Below are positions 1-9,938 of a stretch of DNA of 46,436 nucleotides, piece by piece. Numbering within the stretch: the stretch's first letter is position 1; each line of letters opens with the position of its first letter. The notes below the pieces were generated by a model. It saw nothing but the letters and a program-made list of their open reading frames with translations, was not told the origin of the DNA and searched no databases. The position numbers were made by a program, and so were the translations under genes. Location: NCBI GenBank assembly GCA_041690835.1, contig JBEPVY010000001.1, positions 1-46,436 of the forward strand. The letters are read 5' to 3'. The DNA is from Vulcanimicrobiota bacterium (GTDB taxonomy: Bacteria; Vulcanimicrobiota; Vulcanimicrobiia; Vulcanimicrobiales; Vulcanimicrobiaceae).

Positions 1-933
1 GGTATCCGCCTGGATGTTCTTGATCTTGTAGTAGTCCATCACGCCGAGATTGCCGCTCCGGAACGCCTCGGCGATGGCGAGCGGAACGGTCGCTTCGGAT
101 TGGACGACCTTCGCGCGCATGGCTTGGGTCTCGGCCTTCTGCTCTTGCTCGGAAGCCATGGCGGCGTATTGCCGTTCGGCGGCCTTCGCTTGAGCGATCT
201 TCCGATCGGCTTCGGCTTGGCTGGTCTGCAGCTCGGCGCCGATGTTCTTGCCGACGTCGACGTCCGCGATATCGATCGAGACGATCTCGAAGGCCGTTCC
301 GGCATCGAGGCCCTTGGCGAGTACCGCCTTCGAGATGCGATCCGGATATTCGAGCACTTCCTTATGATCAACGGCCGCGCCGACGGCCGAGACGACGCCT
401 TCGCCGACGCGTGCCACGATCGTGGGTTCGCCGGCGCCGCCGACGTACCGGTCCAGATTGCTGCGCACCGTGATACGCGCTTTGACGTTCAGTTGGATGC
501 CGTTCTGCGCGACGCCCTGGAAGATCGGGGTCTCGATGACTTTCGGGTTGACCGAGGTCTGCAACGCTTCGAGCACGTCGCGACCGGCCAGATCGATGGC
601 GGCGGCGCGCTGCCATTCGAGCGGGATCTGCGCCCGCTGGGCGGCGATCAGCGCGAGCGTCACCTTGTCGACGTTACCGCCGGCCAGGTAGTGCGACTGC
701 ATCTGATCGACCGTCAACGCGAGGCCCGCTTTACGGGCGCGCACGTAGTTCGAGACGATCACGCTCGGCGGGATCCCGATCAAACGCATGCGTACCAAGG
801 AGATGATCCCGAGCGGCACGCCGGCCGCGATCGTCCGGATCCACAGCCCGATCGGGAAGTAGTACAGGAACATGAAGAACAGGATGATCGCGGCGAAGAA
901 CACGATGATCATTCCGATGCCGAAAGCGGCCAC
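1..933 (-). CDS. floA: Flotillin-like protein FloA (UPF0365/YqfA family); C-terminus runs off the window start
   Basis: Absent from the ORF track because it is open at the window edge. My translation of the minus strand from GTG (931-933) gives [13 protein letters not shown]...[15 protein letters not shown]...[54 protein letters not shown]...[20 protein letters not shown]...[42 protein letters not shown]...[29 protein letters not shown]. This is essentially colinear with B. subtilis FloA as I remember it. An in-frame TAA at 937-939 fixes the start. Confidence 0.9.
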   Translation of the reverse strand, partial: MAAFGIGMIIVFFAAIILFFMFLYYFPIGLWIRTIAAGVPLGIISLVRMRLIGIPPSVIVSNYVRARKAGLALTVDQMQSHYLAGGNVDKVTLALIAAQRAQIPLEWQRAAAIDLAGRDVLEALQTSVNPKVIETPIFQGVAQNGIQLNVKARITVRSNLDRYVGGAGEPTIVARVGEGVVSAVGAAVDHKEVLEYPDRISKAVLAKGLDAGTAFEIVSIDIADVDVGKNIGAELQTSQAEADRKIAQAKAAERQYAAMASEQEQKAETQAMRAKVVQSEATVPLAIAEAFRSGNLGVMDYYKIKNIQADT

Positions 934-936
934 TGA

Positions 937-2268
937 TTACTCCTTGTAGCTTGGAAGCGTAACGGGTTCGACGAAGATGCGCGCGCCCTCGACGCGGGTG
1001 ACGCGGACCGGCGTGCCGAGCGCGATGAACTCACCCGAAGTGAGCACGTCGACGCGGCGGCCGTCGATCGAGGCGACGCCGGCCGGACGGAGCAGCGATG
1101 CCGCCGTGCCGGTGCGACCGCGCAGGTATGTGAAGTCGGCGGACGTGACGTAGTCCGGCCCTTGTTCGGCGAGCAGCGTGAGCCTGCGCATCCAGGCGTT
1201 CTCGGGGAACGCGCGGACGGCCAGTGCGAACAGGATGACGGTCAGCACGATCGCCGTCGCCATCGTCTCCGCCGCGACCGTGAAGAACTGCAGCCCGAAC
1301 GCAAGCGCGACCGCCGCGATCAGGAGAAAGCCCCCGAGTATGCCAGGCAAACCATGCCCGGGTACGACGTGCAACTCGAAGAGGATGCCGATGATGCCCG
1401 CGATCGCGAGCACGACCACCAACCCGTTCGAGAATCCGGCGTAGATGTGCGTGCCGAAGAACAATACGAAGGCCATCACGCCGATCACGCCAGCGATGCC
1501 GTGGAGGGTCTGCATCTCGATCAACAGTCCGAGCATGCCGATCGTCAAGAGCAGTCCGCTCACGATCGGATCGGTCGCGAAGCGCGCGATCCGTTCGCCC
1601 AGGGTATAGTCGGCTTCGACGCGCGGAACGCCTTGCAGGTTCGAACCCGCAAGCGCCGCGTCGAGCGTCGGTGCGGTCGCGTCGGCGATGTGCGCGCGCA
1701 CGGCGTCCTGGGTGTTGAGCGTGAGGATCGCACCCGCATGTTTGTAGTCCGGCAGATCGACGTTCTTGTCGACCATCGCGCCCGCGACGGTCGCACTGCG
1801 ACGATTGCGCAGCGCGGTCGATTCGAACTCGCCGCGCAGGGCCGAGATCATCTTGCCGGTGTTGGGGATCGGTTCGGCCGCGCCGATGCTCGCACCGGGG
1901 CCCATCACGATCCGATTCGCGGAGAGCGCGATCAACGCGGCGGCCGAGTAGGCGCGCCCGTCGACGTAGGCTATGACCGGTTCTTGCGCGCTGAAGATCG
2001 CGTCGCGGATCAGGAAGGCGGCTTCGACCAATCCGCCGCCGCTGTTGATATCGAGGACGATCGCGCGGGCGTGGGAGGCGTTCGCATCGGCGACGCCGCG
2101 CTGTACCAGGTGGGCCATGCCGTCATCGACGGTGCCGTCGATGTGGATGACTTCCACTTGCCCGGTCGGCGCAGAGGAAAGCGCGGTCATCCCCAAGCCG
2201 ATAAAGCCGACGAGTAGGAGAGCGATCCACAGGGAGGCGCGCAGCCGACGGGCGTTCATGCGTAGCAC
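937..2268 (-). CDS. nfeD: NfeD-family membrane-bound ClpP-class serine protease (YqeZ-like)
   Basis: 443-aa ORF with four parts: an N-terminal signal/anchor, a ClpP/SppA-like domain (VLDINSGGGLVEAA...GRAYSAAALIAL...GAAEPIP), a central block of TM helices, and a C-terminal OB-like NfeD tail (GTAASLLRPAGVASIDGRRVDVLTSGEFI..GTPVRVTRVEG). It sits immediately upstream of floA, which is the classic pairing. The start could be GTG at 2268 or ATG at 2259. Confidence 0.85.
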   Translation of the reverse strand: MLRMNARRLRASLWIALLLVGFIGLGMTALSSAPTGQVEVIHIDGTVDDGMAHLVQRGVADANASHARAIVLDINSGGGLVEAAFLIRDAIFSAQEPVIAYVDGRAYSAAALIALSANRIVMGPGASIGAAEPIPNTGKMISALRGEFESTALRNRRSATVAGAMVDKNVDLPDYKHAGAILTLNTQDAVRAHIADATAPTLDAALAGSNLQGVPRVEADYTLGERIARFATDPIVSGLLLTIGMLGLLIEMQTLHGIAGVIGVMAFVLFFGTHIYAGFSNGLVVVLAIAGIIGILFELHVVPGHGLPGILGGFLLIAAVALAFGLQFFTVAAETMATAIVLTVILFALAVRAFPENAWMRRLTLLAEQGPDYVTSADFTYLRGRTGTAASLLRPAGVASIDGRRVDVLTSGEFIALGTPVRVTRVEGARIFVEPVTLPSYKE

Positions 2269-2302
2269 TACCCGCCCGCTTGGCGGAAGTTACGCCGAAT
2301 GC

Positions 2303-2746
2303 CTAGGCGAGAGCGGCGGCGACGGCTTCGCGGACGAGATTGCCGTCGGCGAGGCCTTTGAGCTGCGGCATGACGATCTTCATGATCGCGCCCTGATTGC
2401 GCCCTTCGGGCGGCAGCGTGTCGACTGCGGCTCGCACGATCGTACGGATCTCTTCGACGGATTTCTGGGCGGGCAGGTAGGCCTGGAGGATCTCGCGCTC
2501 GGTCGCCTCTTTCGAAGCGAGGTCGGTCCGTCCGGCCTTGGTGAACTCGGTGAACGAGTCGGTCCGCTGTTTGACTTGCTTGGCGACGACCGCCAGCTCG
2601 TCGGCCTCGGTCAGGTCGACGCCCGCCTCGGAACGTTTATAGGTAAAGCCGGAAAGGGCCGACCGCAAAGTGTCGACCCTCACCTGATCTCTGGCCTTCA
2701 TCGCCGCGACCATGTCGGCGGAGATGCGATCCTTGAGGGTAGCCAT
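2303..2746 (-). CDS. yqeY: GatB/YqeY domain-containing protein
   Basis: 147-aa ORF: MATLKDRISADMVAAMKARDQVRVDTLRSALS...EREILQAYLPAQKSVEEIRTIV...GAIMKIVMPQLKGLADGNLVREAV. This is the typical YqeY pattern, and the gene lies directly downstream of rpsU as in Bacillus. Confidence 0.85.
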   Translation of the reverse strand: MATLKDRISADMVAAMKARDQVRVDTLRSALSGFTYKRSEAGVDLTEADELAVVAKQVKQRTDSFTEFTKAGRTDLASKEATEREILQAYLPAQKSVEEIRTIVRAAVDTLPPEGRNQGAIMKIVMPQLKGLADGNLVREAVAAALA

Positions 2747-2749
2747 CGA

Positions 2750-2920
2750 CTACGTGCGGCGCTTACGCGCGGCGGCCGACTTCTTCTTCTTGCGGACGCT
2801 GGGCTTTTCGTAGTGCTCGTGCTTACGCGCTTCGGCGAGAATGCCGGCCTTTTGGGTGGCTTTCTTGAAACGGCGCAACGCGCTCTCGATGGGCTCGCCC
2901 GGTGATACGCGGACTTCCAT
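2750..2920 (-). CDS. rpsU: 30S ribosomal protein S21
   Basis: The internal ATG (2918-2920) of track ORF 2750..3022 gives [56 protein letters not shown], 56 aa. An SD-like GAGAGGGGGG lies 10-19 nt upstream. The 34-aa N-terminal extension in the track is non-S21 sequence. Confidence 0.92.
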   Translation of the reverse strand: MEVRVSPGEPIESALRRFKKATQKAGILAEARKHEHYEKPSVRKKKKSAAARKRRT

Positions 2921-3011
2921 AGTGTAACAACCCCCCTCTCGGCCGCATGCCTGAAGCACGCGAAAATTCAGACCCGTCTCGCGGGCCTCGGCAATGCTAC
3001 CACAGGGGGGA

Positions 3012-6000
3012 CTAGGGCACAACCTGGATGGTCGTGCCCTTGCCGACGGCGGAGACGGGTGGGCCGTACATAGCGTTGGCGGTCGGGGCCGGCGCCGTGT
3101 AGGTTCCCGGAGTGGTGACCCGGAGCGTATACCGGATGGTGAGCGGGGAGCTCGGGTCCAGCCGGTCTGCGAAGAAGGCGGCGTGGTCGTCCAGGATCTG
3201 CACGCCGCTCCAGGCCTGGGCGGCGGCCTGGCCCTGCTCGTCCTGGTGCTCGGCTCCGGCCGGGAACGGGTCCTCGACCAGCACGTACTGGACCGCCTCG
3301 CGGGTCCGGACCGTCACCGTGACGTTGATCTGGTCGCCGACCCGCCACGGGCCGGGGTGGCCGGCATCGTACGTGCGGTCGATCGAGAACTCCGGCGCTT
3401 TCGCGAAGAGTCGCGCGAACAGGCCGCGATCGGGGTCGCTCGCGCTGGTCGCACCCGGCGGGACGTAGCGGACCGCGTCGGTCGCCCAATAGAGCGAGCC
3501 GGTGCCGGTCTTCTCGAACGTCAGGGTTCCACCGTTGCGCACCTTGGACGCGGGGATGACGATCTGCGCGTCGGCCGCGTCCAGTATCGGCGAGGTGACG
3601 TGCACCGTCCCGACCTCGACGCCGTCGAGCAACACCCGGACGCGCTCGTCCGGATGGAACTCGCTCGCATCCGGATGCAGGGCCTCTGCCAACGCATAGA
3701 TGCTCGCGGCGGTGTCTTTGGTCGTGTACCACCAGTTGCCGCGTTGCTGCGCGCGCAGGAACGCGATCGTGCGCGCGACGCGCGGCGAATCGGGAGCCAG
3801 GGCCGACTCGAGCCGCAACGCGTACGCCGTCGTCTCGATCGGATCGTCTTCCCATGCATAGTGCCACGTGTCGCCGCTCCAGTAGGTGAACGCGCCATCC
3901 GTGATCGCGCGCGCATCCAGGAGCGCCAGGAGCGAACGGGCCGCCGCGTCGTTGCCGAGCCGGTGTTCGGCCAGGCCTAGGACCGCGAGCGCGTAGGGAT
4001 TGAGTTGCTTGGCGTGCGCCAATGTCTGCACGTACCAGGTCGCGGCAACGCCCTTCGCCCGATCCGGGGCGGCTTCCGCGAGCGAGAACAGCATGTAGGC
4101 ACGGGTATTCCATTCCGAACCGTCCTGCGCACCGCCCCAGAAACGTAAGGTGTCGGCGTTGGAGCGTTCCAACTGCGAGAGTAGGCTCGCGACCCCGCGG
4201 TCGTAGACATAATCGGAGACGGAGTAGCCGCCCTGCCGCATCTGGGCAAGCCCGTAGAGCGCGTAGGCCGTCATGAACGGATGGCCGGCATCGTGCTCCC
4301 ACCAACCCCACGAGCCGTCTGCGTGCTGCAGCTCGCTCAACCGGGCGATCGCGTTCGCGACGATCGGGCCGGGTCGCACATCGTCGGGCGCGCGCAAGCC
4401 GGAACGCTTGAGGACGCCGTCCACCACGATCGCCGGCAGCGCCGCCGACATGGTCTGTTCGGTGCAGTAGTACGGATAGACGTCGAGCAGGCGCAGGTTC
4501 TGCACGAGTCCCGCGACCACGCTCGGCGTGAGCGAGACGGTGACGTCGCCGCCGAGATAACCGCCCGACGGAACAGTCACGGTCAGGTTCGCATCGTTCG
4601 GCAGCGATCCCGCGCTGCGAACGTGCTCGGCGGCGGTGGCGGCGAGCAAGGGCAGCTCCTGGCGGACCGCGTCGGTGCGCGCGCCGTCGCTCCCGAACAG
4701 GGTGAGCGAGACCGATCCGGTTCCCGGCACCTTGATCGGCCACGCCGTATCCGCGCTACGATTGGCATCCAAGGTCAGCGACCGCTCGAGCGTCCCGAGA
4801 CCGAGCGCCCCCGTATCCAGCTTCATGGAGACGGCCGAGCGGTCGGGCATGCCTTGCGCGATGCCGACGATCTCGGTGGTGTCGCCGGCACGCGCGAAGC
4901 GCGGCGTTTCGAGGCGCACCAGAAAATCTTTGGTGACGAGCGAGCTGGCCCGCGTGGTGCCGAGCGAGGTGTCGCGCGTGACGGCCAGACCGTCGGTGCG
5001 CCAGGTCGTCAGATTGTCCGGCCAGACGAACGTCACGGTCGCACGACCGTTCGCATCCGTCACGATCGACGGCGACCAGTAGGCGGTGTCCTGGAAGTTC
5101 GAACGGATGACGGGTTGCGACCGGACCGCGGCGATCGTGGACAAGGGCGAGGTCAGCCGACCTGCCACCGTCTTCGAAAACGCGTTGACGGTATAGGTAT
5201 CCGCCATCGTCCCAGATCTCTCGAGGGCGCCTTCGTTCGGGCGGAACCACGAGAACGTCGGATAGAAATACGTATCGCGCGTGTAGAACGTCGCCATCGG
5301 GTCGATCGGCGAGGCGGCTTGCACCGCGTAGAGCGCTTCGTCCACCACCCCGAGCGCGAGTTCCGCCCGAACCCCGCGACCGCGAAGGTCGCGCGCCTCG
5401 ATCGCAAATGTCGCGCGCTCGCCGGGCGCGTAGCGTGCCTTGTCCGGACGAACGGTGACGAACAGCGCCTTGGGTGCGGGAACGAGTTTGATCGTCGTCT
5501 GCGCGTTCGAGACACCGTTCTCGTTCGGCATCTGGACGGTCACCGTGAACTGTGCCGCATCGGCCGGTGCGTCGAGCGCCAGTGAGGCGCTCATCCCTGC
5601 GACGTGTACGACCCGGGTCGACACGAACCGGTCGGTCGCCTCGACCACCAGCACGTCGCGATCCGGCTTCGGCAGGGTGATCAGCACGCGCGGACGTTCG
5701 CCCGGCGCGAATGCGTCCTTCTGCGCGATCACGCGCGGCTGATCGGATGGTTGGAACCAGGACCGCTCGCCGTCGTCCAGCACCCACATGTAGAAGTAGC
5801 CGTGGGCGACGTTCCCGCGATCGTCTTTCGATGTCGCCTCGAACGAATACGAACCGCCGGCCTTCGGCGTCCAGTCAAACGCGAGCTTCCCGTCGGGGCC
5901 GGTCGAGAAGCTGCGCGTTTCGCGCGAGACCTCGACGTACTTCGACCCCTTTACGTCCCAATGCGACCCGACGATGGCCAGCGTCACGTTCGCATTCGGT

Positions 6001-7454
6001 TGCGGCTTCTCGTCGTACGTCCGCGACGATAGCGCCAGATGCGCGGCCTTGCCGGCCTGGGCGAACCATTCGTCGCTCGATATGGCGAGGTAGAACGCCG
6101 CCGGAACCACCCGGAGCGATCCGCTCACCTGGACCGTCCGGCCGGACGCGTCGCGGCCGTCGGCTTCGATCGAGAGTTCGTCTTCGCCGGTAACCGGCTT
6201 CGTGGGAAGTGAGAAGCGATGCATGCCCTGAGCGTCGGTGGCGAAATCGCCCTCGGCGACCACGGGCCGCGCGTAGCAGTCGCCACGTCGGCCATAGTCG
6301 GCGCTCGACGCGAACGGACCGGGGAAGTACCAGCAATGCGGCTGCCGGCGCGCGACGTAGTGCAGATGCAGTCCGGCCGCCGGACGACCGAAGAAGTATT
6401 TCGCCGTAAGCGTGAACGTCGCGGCGTCACCGCCGACCACGAATGGTTTGTCGGGGGCGAACGCGATCTCATACTCGGGCTTCTTGTACGCCAGGATCGA
6501 GACGTCGGTCGAGAGGGTCGGGCCGACGCGAATGGCGTACCCGCCGATCGCGGCCTTCTCGGGAAGCCGGACCGAGGCCGCGACCGTTCCGAACGCGTCG
6601 ATCCGAACGTCGTGCGAGAAGACGATCGTCCCGTCGGACGCCGTTACGGTCACGCTGCGCACGCCGGTCGGGATCCGATAGCCGCCGATGCTGCCGCGAC
6701 GCACGATCGCGCGGAGTTCGATCGTCTGTCCGGGACGATAGATCGGGCGATCGGTCTGGACCAGCCCGACATCGTCGTCTCCGCTCCGGTCATTCCATGC
6801 GTTGACGGTCAGGACCATCGATGAGCCGTCGGCGGTGCTGGCGACCACCACCGGCTCGCTCTTCTCGCCGCTCGGCACATCGAAAGCGGCGAGCCCGTCC
6901 TTGTCCGCATGGACGATGCGGACGCCGTCCTTCAGATGCACGGCATATGATGTCGGCCCGGCGTGTCGCGCGAACGTGCGCAAGTCGACCGCATAGAGCA
7001 GGCGTGTGGCGCCGAGCGGATTGCCGACAACCCCTAACGTGGTCACGTCGAAGACGGTCGTGCGGTGCGTGTCCCCCACCGTGGCGACGGCAGCATAATA
7101 GCCCTGCGGTAGAGCCGGGACCGTGACTACCCATTGCGAGTCTGCTTCGTTACGCACGCCGTCGACGGCGGCCACACGCGGCCCGAACGCATCGCGTGGG
7201 AGGCTATTCGCATCGCCCCACCGGTTCACGCCGCCCAAGGCGATGACGCGCTCCAGCGTAAACGCATAGACGTCCACGTGCAGCGGCACCTTCGAAGGTG
7301 TCTCGCCCGAATAGTACCCGAGCACCGTCCGGCCGGGAACGTAGGCGCCGCTCGGACCGCCCCAGAGGTACTCCGGCGAGGCGGCCTGCGCCGTCGCTGC
7401 GATCAGGACGAGGGTGAGCACGAACGCCGCGGCTACCGCCCAGAAATGCTTCAT
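3012..7454 (-). CDS. Bacterial alpha-2-macroglobulin family protein with intact thioester motif
   Basis: 1480-aa ORF with a type-I signal peptide ([29 protein letters not shown]) and a long array of MG-like beta-sandwich sequence. The thioester motif is [15 protein letters not shown], with CTEQ encoded at 4455-4466 (Cys997). A TED-like helical region follows ([10 protein letters not shown]...[10 protein letters not shown]). A GAGGA SD lies 6-10 nt upstream of the ATG. Confidence 0.9.
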   Translation of the reverse strand: MKHFWAVAAAFVLTLVLIAATAQAASPEYLWGGPSGAYVPGRTVLGYYSGETPSKVPLHVDVYAFTLERVIALGGVNRWGDANSLPRDAFGPRVAAVDGVRNEADSQWVVTVPALPQGYYAAVATVGDTHRTTVFDVTTLGVVGNPLGATRLLYAVDLRTFARHAGPTSYAVHLKDGVRIVHADKDGLAAFDVPSGEKSEPVVVASTADGSSMVLTVNAWNDRSGDDDVGLVQTDRPIYRPGQTIELRAIVRRGSIGGYRIPTGVRSVTVTASDGTIVFSHDVRIDAFGTVAASVRLPEKAAIGGYAIRVGPTLSTDVSILAYKKPEYEIAFAPDKPFVVGGDAATFTLTAKYFFGRPAAGLHLHYVARRQPHCWYFPGPFASSADYGRRGDCYARPVVAEGDFATDAQGMHRFSLPTKPVTGEDELSIEADGRDASGRTVQVSGSLRVVPAAFYLAISSDEWFAQAGKAAHLALSSRTYDEKPQPNANVTLAIVGSHWDVKGSKYVEVSRETRSFSTGPDGKLAFDWTPKAGGSYSFEATSKDDRGNVAHGYFYMWVLDDGERSWFQPSDQPRVIAQKDAFAPGERPRVLITLPKPDRDVLVVEATDRFVSTRVVHVAGMSASLALDAPADAAQFTVTVQMPNENGVSNAQTTIKLVPAPKALFVTVRPDKARYAPGERATFAIEARDLRGRGVRAELALGVVDEALYAVQAASPIDPMATFYTRDTYFYPTFSWFRPNEGALERSGTMADTYTVNAFSKTVAGRLTSPLSTIAAVRSQPVIRSNFQDTAYWSPSIVTDANGRATVTFVWPDNLTTWRTDGLAVTRDTSLGTTRASSLVTKDFLVRLETPRFARAGDTTEIVGIAQGMPDRSAVSMKLDTGALGLGTLERSLTLDANRSADTAWPIKVPGTGSVSLTLFGSDGARTDAVRQELPLLAATAAEHVRSAGSLPNDANLTVTVPSGGYLGGDVTVSLTPSVVAGLVQNLRLLDVYPYYCTEQTMSAALPAIVVDGVLKRSGLRAPDDVRPGPIVANAIARLSELQHADGSWGWWEHDAGHPFMTAYALYGLAQMRQGGYSVSDYVYDRGVASLLSQLERSNADTLRFWGGAQDGSEWNTRAYMLFSLAEAAPDRAKGVAATWYVQTLAHAKQLNPYALAVLGLAEHRLGNDAAARSLLALLDARAITDGAFTYWSGDTWHYAWEDDPIETTAYALRLESALAPDSPRVARTIAFLRAQQRGNWWYTTKDTAASIYALAEALHPDASEFHPDERVRVLLDGVEVGTVHVTSPILDAADAQIVIPASKVRNGGTLTFEKTGTGSLYWATDAVRYVPPGATSASDPDRGLFARLFAKAPEFSIDRTYDAGHPGPWRVGDQINVTVTVRTREAVQYVLVEDPFPAGAEHQDEQGQAAAQAWSGVQILDDHAAFFADRLDPSSPLTIRYTLRVTTPGTYTAPAPTANAMYGPPVSAVGKGTTIQVVP

Positions 7455-7531
7455 CGTATCCTCACAACGCGACGGGTGTGGCTGCTGTTACCGAGAAGGA
7501 CGATGCAACACTCGCTTTGAGAGGTCCCAGC

Positions 7532-7951
7532 ATGCGTCGTCTTCTCGTAGGTCTTTTTCTCGCGTCGACTGTCACGATCTCGCTGACGGCCTGCGGGGGC
7601 GGCGGTTCTTCCGCTTCCGCCGACGCGACGCCGGCGACGGATTCGCAGAACGTGACCGGCCTGCCCATCTATCCCGGCATGACCGATGCCGTCACCTTGG
7701 GCGCGATGGGCCGCGACGACGGGACCTACTCCGAGTACGGCGCGAAGTCGTCGGATCCGCTCGACGGCGTCGAGGGCTGGTACCGCGCCCATCTGACCGA
7801 CGCGACCGAGACCGTCAAGGACGATACCTTCGAACACGGCGTCGAGTTCGCGCTCCCGAGCAAAGACCTCGTCGACGTCTACAACGACAAGACCGGGGAT
7901 GCCGGCGTCGTGACCGTCAAGCTCCTGAAATACACCGGCCCGGCCACCTAG
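7532..7951 (+). CDS. Hypothetical lipoprotein
   Basis: The internal ATG at 7532 gives MRRLLVGLFLASTVTISLTAC/GGGGSSASAD, a lipobox LTAC with a Gly/Ser linker. GAGAGG lies 9-14 nt upstream. I recognised no family. The gene is divergent from the A2M gene. Confidence 0.6.
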   Translation: MRRLLVGLFLASTVTISLTACGGGGSSASADATPATDSQNVTGLPIYPGMTDAVTLGAMGRDDGTYSEYGAKSSDPLDGVEGWYRAHLTDATETVKDDTFEHGVEFALPSKDLVDVYNDKTGDAGVVTVKLLKYTGPAT

Positions 7952-7961
7952 AGACCACACT

Positions 7962-8324
7962 CTAGCCCGGAGGCCAGCCCATCTGACGGCCGGAGATCAC
8001 GTGCATGTGCACGTGGTCGACGGTCTGGCCGCCCTCCGGCCCGGTGTTGATCACCAGCCGATTGCCCGGCTCCCACTGTTCGCGCCCGAGTTGCGCGCCG
8101 GTGCTGAAGAACCGCGCGACCACCGCCGGATCGGCGTAGCCCGCGAACGTCGCGGCGTTCGGCCAGTGCTTGGTCGTGATCACCAGGCGATGTTGCGGTG
8201 CGACCGGAGCGATGTCGTCGATCACGATCACATCCGCATCGCGATAGACGAACGCGGCCGGGATCTCTCCGCTCACGATCTTGCAGAACAGGCAGTTCGG
8301 ATCTGGTTTCGGATCGTTTTCCAT
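7962..8324 (-). CDS. HIT (histidine triad) family protein
   Basis: 120 aa. It has CLFCKIVSGEIPA at the N-terminus and the histidine triad HVHMHVISG near the C-terminus. Confidence 0.9.
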   Translation of the reverse strand: MENDPKPDPNCLFCKIVSGEIPAAFVYRDADVIVIDDIAPVAPQHRLVITTKHWPNAATFAGYADPAVVARFFSTGAQLGREQWEPGNRLVINTGPEGGQTVDHVHMHVISGRQMGWPPG

Positions 8325-8331
8325 CGTGGTC

Positions 8332-9927
8332 CTACTTCTTCGGCTTGAGGAACTCGAATGCGACGTGCGTGTCCGGACTCGGCACGAACCCGCCGATGGT
8401 CGCCTTGAGGACGATCGGAACGGTCACGTGCACGATCGGCAATGCCGGCACCTGATCGGCGATGCGTGCGTTGGCCTGTTGGTAGATGACCGCGCGCTTC
8501 GTATCGCCCGCCACCGCCTCGCCGTCGAGGATCAGCTTGTGGAACGCCTCGTCTCGCCAGAACGAATAGTTCTGGCCGTTCGGTTTGGCTTCCGCGCTCG
8601 ACGTATCGAGCAACGGCACCATGAAGTTGTCCGGGTCGCCGTTATCGCCGCTCCAGCCGATCAGGCACATCGGATGTTCGCCGCGTCGCACCTTATCGAG
8701 AAAGACGCCCCACTCGAACGGTTGCAGGGTGACCGTGACTCCGACCTGCGCGAGATCCGCCTGGATCGTCTCCGCGATGCGCTGCGGTTCGGGCATGTAC
8801 GGCCGCGGCAGGGTCGGATAGTAGAGTTCGGTCGCAAAGCCCTTCGGGAAACCGGCCGAGGCGAGCAGCGCCTTCGCCTTGGCGACGTCGTGCGGATAGG
8901 CCTTGACGGCCGCCGTCTCGCCGATCATGCCGGGCGGCGTCCAGTTGTCGGCGACCATCGCGCCCTTCGGGTAGAGGCCCTTGACGATCCCGCGCACGTC
9001 GATCGCATAGGCCATCGCGCGCCGTACGTCGAGCTTGTCGAACGGCGCGCGGTCCATGTTGAACGCGATGTATGAGTTGTTGTTCGCGGGGTGATAGGCG
9101 ACGACCAGGCCGGTCTGCTTCGCGAGCGAGGCCGCGTCGTCGGGGCGTGGATCGGTGAGGATGTCGACGGTGCCCTTCTGCATCTCGAGCACGCTCGTCG
9201 ATTGATCCGGGATATCGCGCACGATGACCGTCGAGTAGGCCGGAGTACCGGGGTAGTTCGGGTTGGCGGCAAGCGTGATGTGGTCGTCCTTGACCCAGTC
9301 GGCCAACGTGTAGGGTCCCCAGCCGACCGGCGGTGTCCCCGGCTGGCCGTAGCTGTCCGCGTTCGCACGGATGGCGGTAGGCGACGAAATCGCGAACGGC
9401 GGCATCGCCAGATCGCGCAAGAACGGACTGAACGCACGCGCGATCGTGATGACGACCGTATCCGCTTTGGGAGCGCGGACGTCGGCGATCAGGCCGGGGA
9501 AACCACCGAACATACTCGCGTAGTAGCCATAGATCAGGCTGCCGTGATACGGATCGCCGGTCAGGCGCCAACGATCGAAGTTGAACTTCACCGCCGCGGC
9601 GTCGACCGGAGTGCCGTCCGAGAACTTCAGCCCCGGCTTGAGCGTGAACGTCCAGATGCGACCGTCCGGGCTGGTCATCCACTTCTGCGCGATTGCCGGC
9701 TGGACTTGAAACGTTCCGAGCTTGAAATCGACCAAGCCCTTGAGGATCTCTTGCGTCAGATTGAGCGACATGCCATCGGTGGCCTGAGCCGGGTCCATCA
9801 CGATCGCATCCTTGACGCGAGCCTCGATCAGCGTCGCACTCGAGACGGAACCGCCGCCGCACGCGGAAAGCCCTACGGCGGTGGCGAGAACGAGCGCGCC
9901 TGCGCGCGCGACGATGGCGAACGACAC
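8332..9927 (-). CDS. ABC transporter substrate-binding lipoprotein, family 5 (peptide/nickel, DppA/OppA-like)
   Basis: The family-5 SBP pattern runs throughout (LVDFKLGTFQVQPAIAQKW..SPDGRIWTFTLKPGLKFSDGTPVDAAAVKFNFDR; NPNYPG; GFPKGF). I chose the GTG start at 9927 because AAGGAG sits 7 nt upstream and the product begins VSFAIVARAGALVLATAVGLSAC/GGGS, which contains a lipobox. The track start at 9966 would overlap the upstream gene. Confidence 0.85.
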   Translation of the reverse strand: MSFAIVARAGALVLATAVGLSACGGGSVSSATLIEARVKDAIVMDPAQATDGMSLNLTQEILKGLVDFKLGTFQVQPAIAQKWMTSPDGRIWTFTLKPGLKFSDGTPVDAAAVKFNFDRWRLTGDPYHGSLIYGYYASMFGGFPGLIADVRAPKADTVVITIARAFSPFLRDLAMPPFAISSPTAIRANADSYGQPGTPPVGWGPYTLADWVKDDHITLAANPNYPGTPAYSTVIVRDIPDQSTSVLEMQKGTVDILTDPRPDDAASLAKQTGLVVAYHPANNNSYIAFNMDRAPFDKLDVRRAMAYAIDVRGIVKGLYPKGAMVADNWTPPGMIGETAAVKAYPHDVAKAKALLASAGFPKGFATELYYPTLPRPYMPEPQRIAETIQADLAQVGVTVTLQPFEWGVFLDKVRRGEHPMCLIGWSGDNGDPDNFMVPLLDTSSAEAKPNGQNYSFWRDEAFHKLILDGEAVAGDTKRAVIYQQANARIADQVPALPIVHVTVPIVLKATIGGFVPSPDTHVAFEFLKPKK

Positions 9928-9938
9928 GGATGGACTCC

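Noticed and set aside
100-936. 278-aa plus-strand ORF at the window start
   Set aside because: It is antisense shadow of floA. The translation is Gly/Arg/Asp/Leu-rich low-complexity sequence ([19 protein letters not shown]...), while the minus strand encodes an unambiguous FloA.
2968-4743. 591-aa minus-strand ORF
   Set aside because: It is an out-of-frame overlap with the alpha-2-macroglobulin gene. It is extremely Arg/Pro/Gly-rich with no recognisable domain, a typical high-GC alternative-frame artefact.
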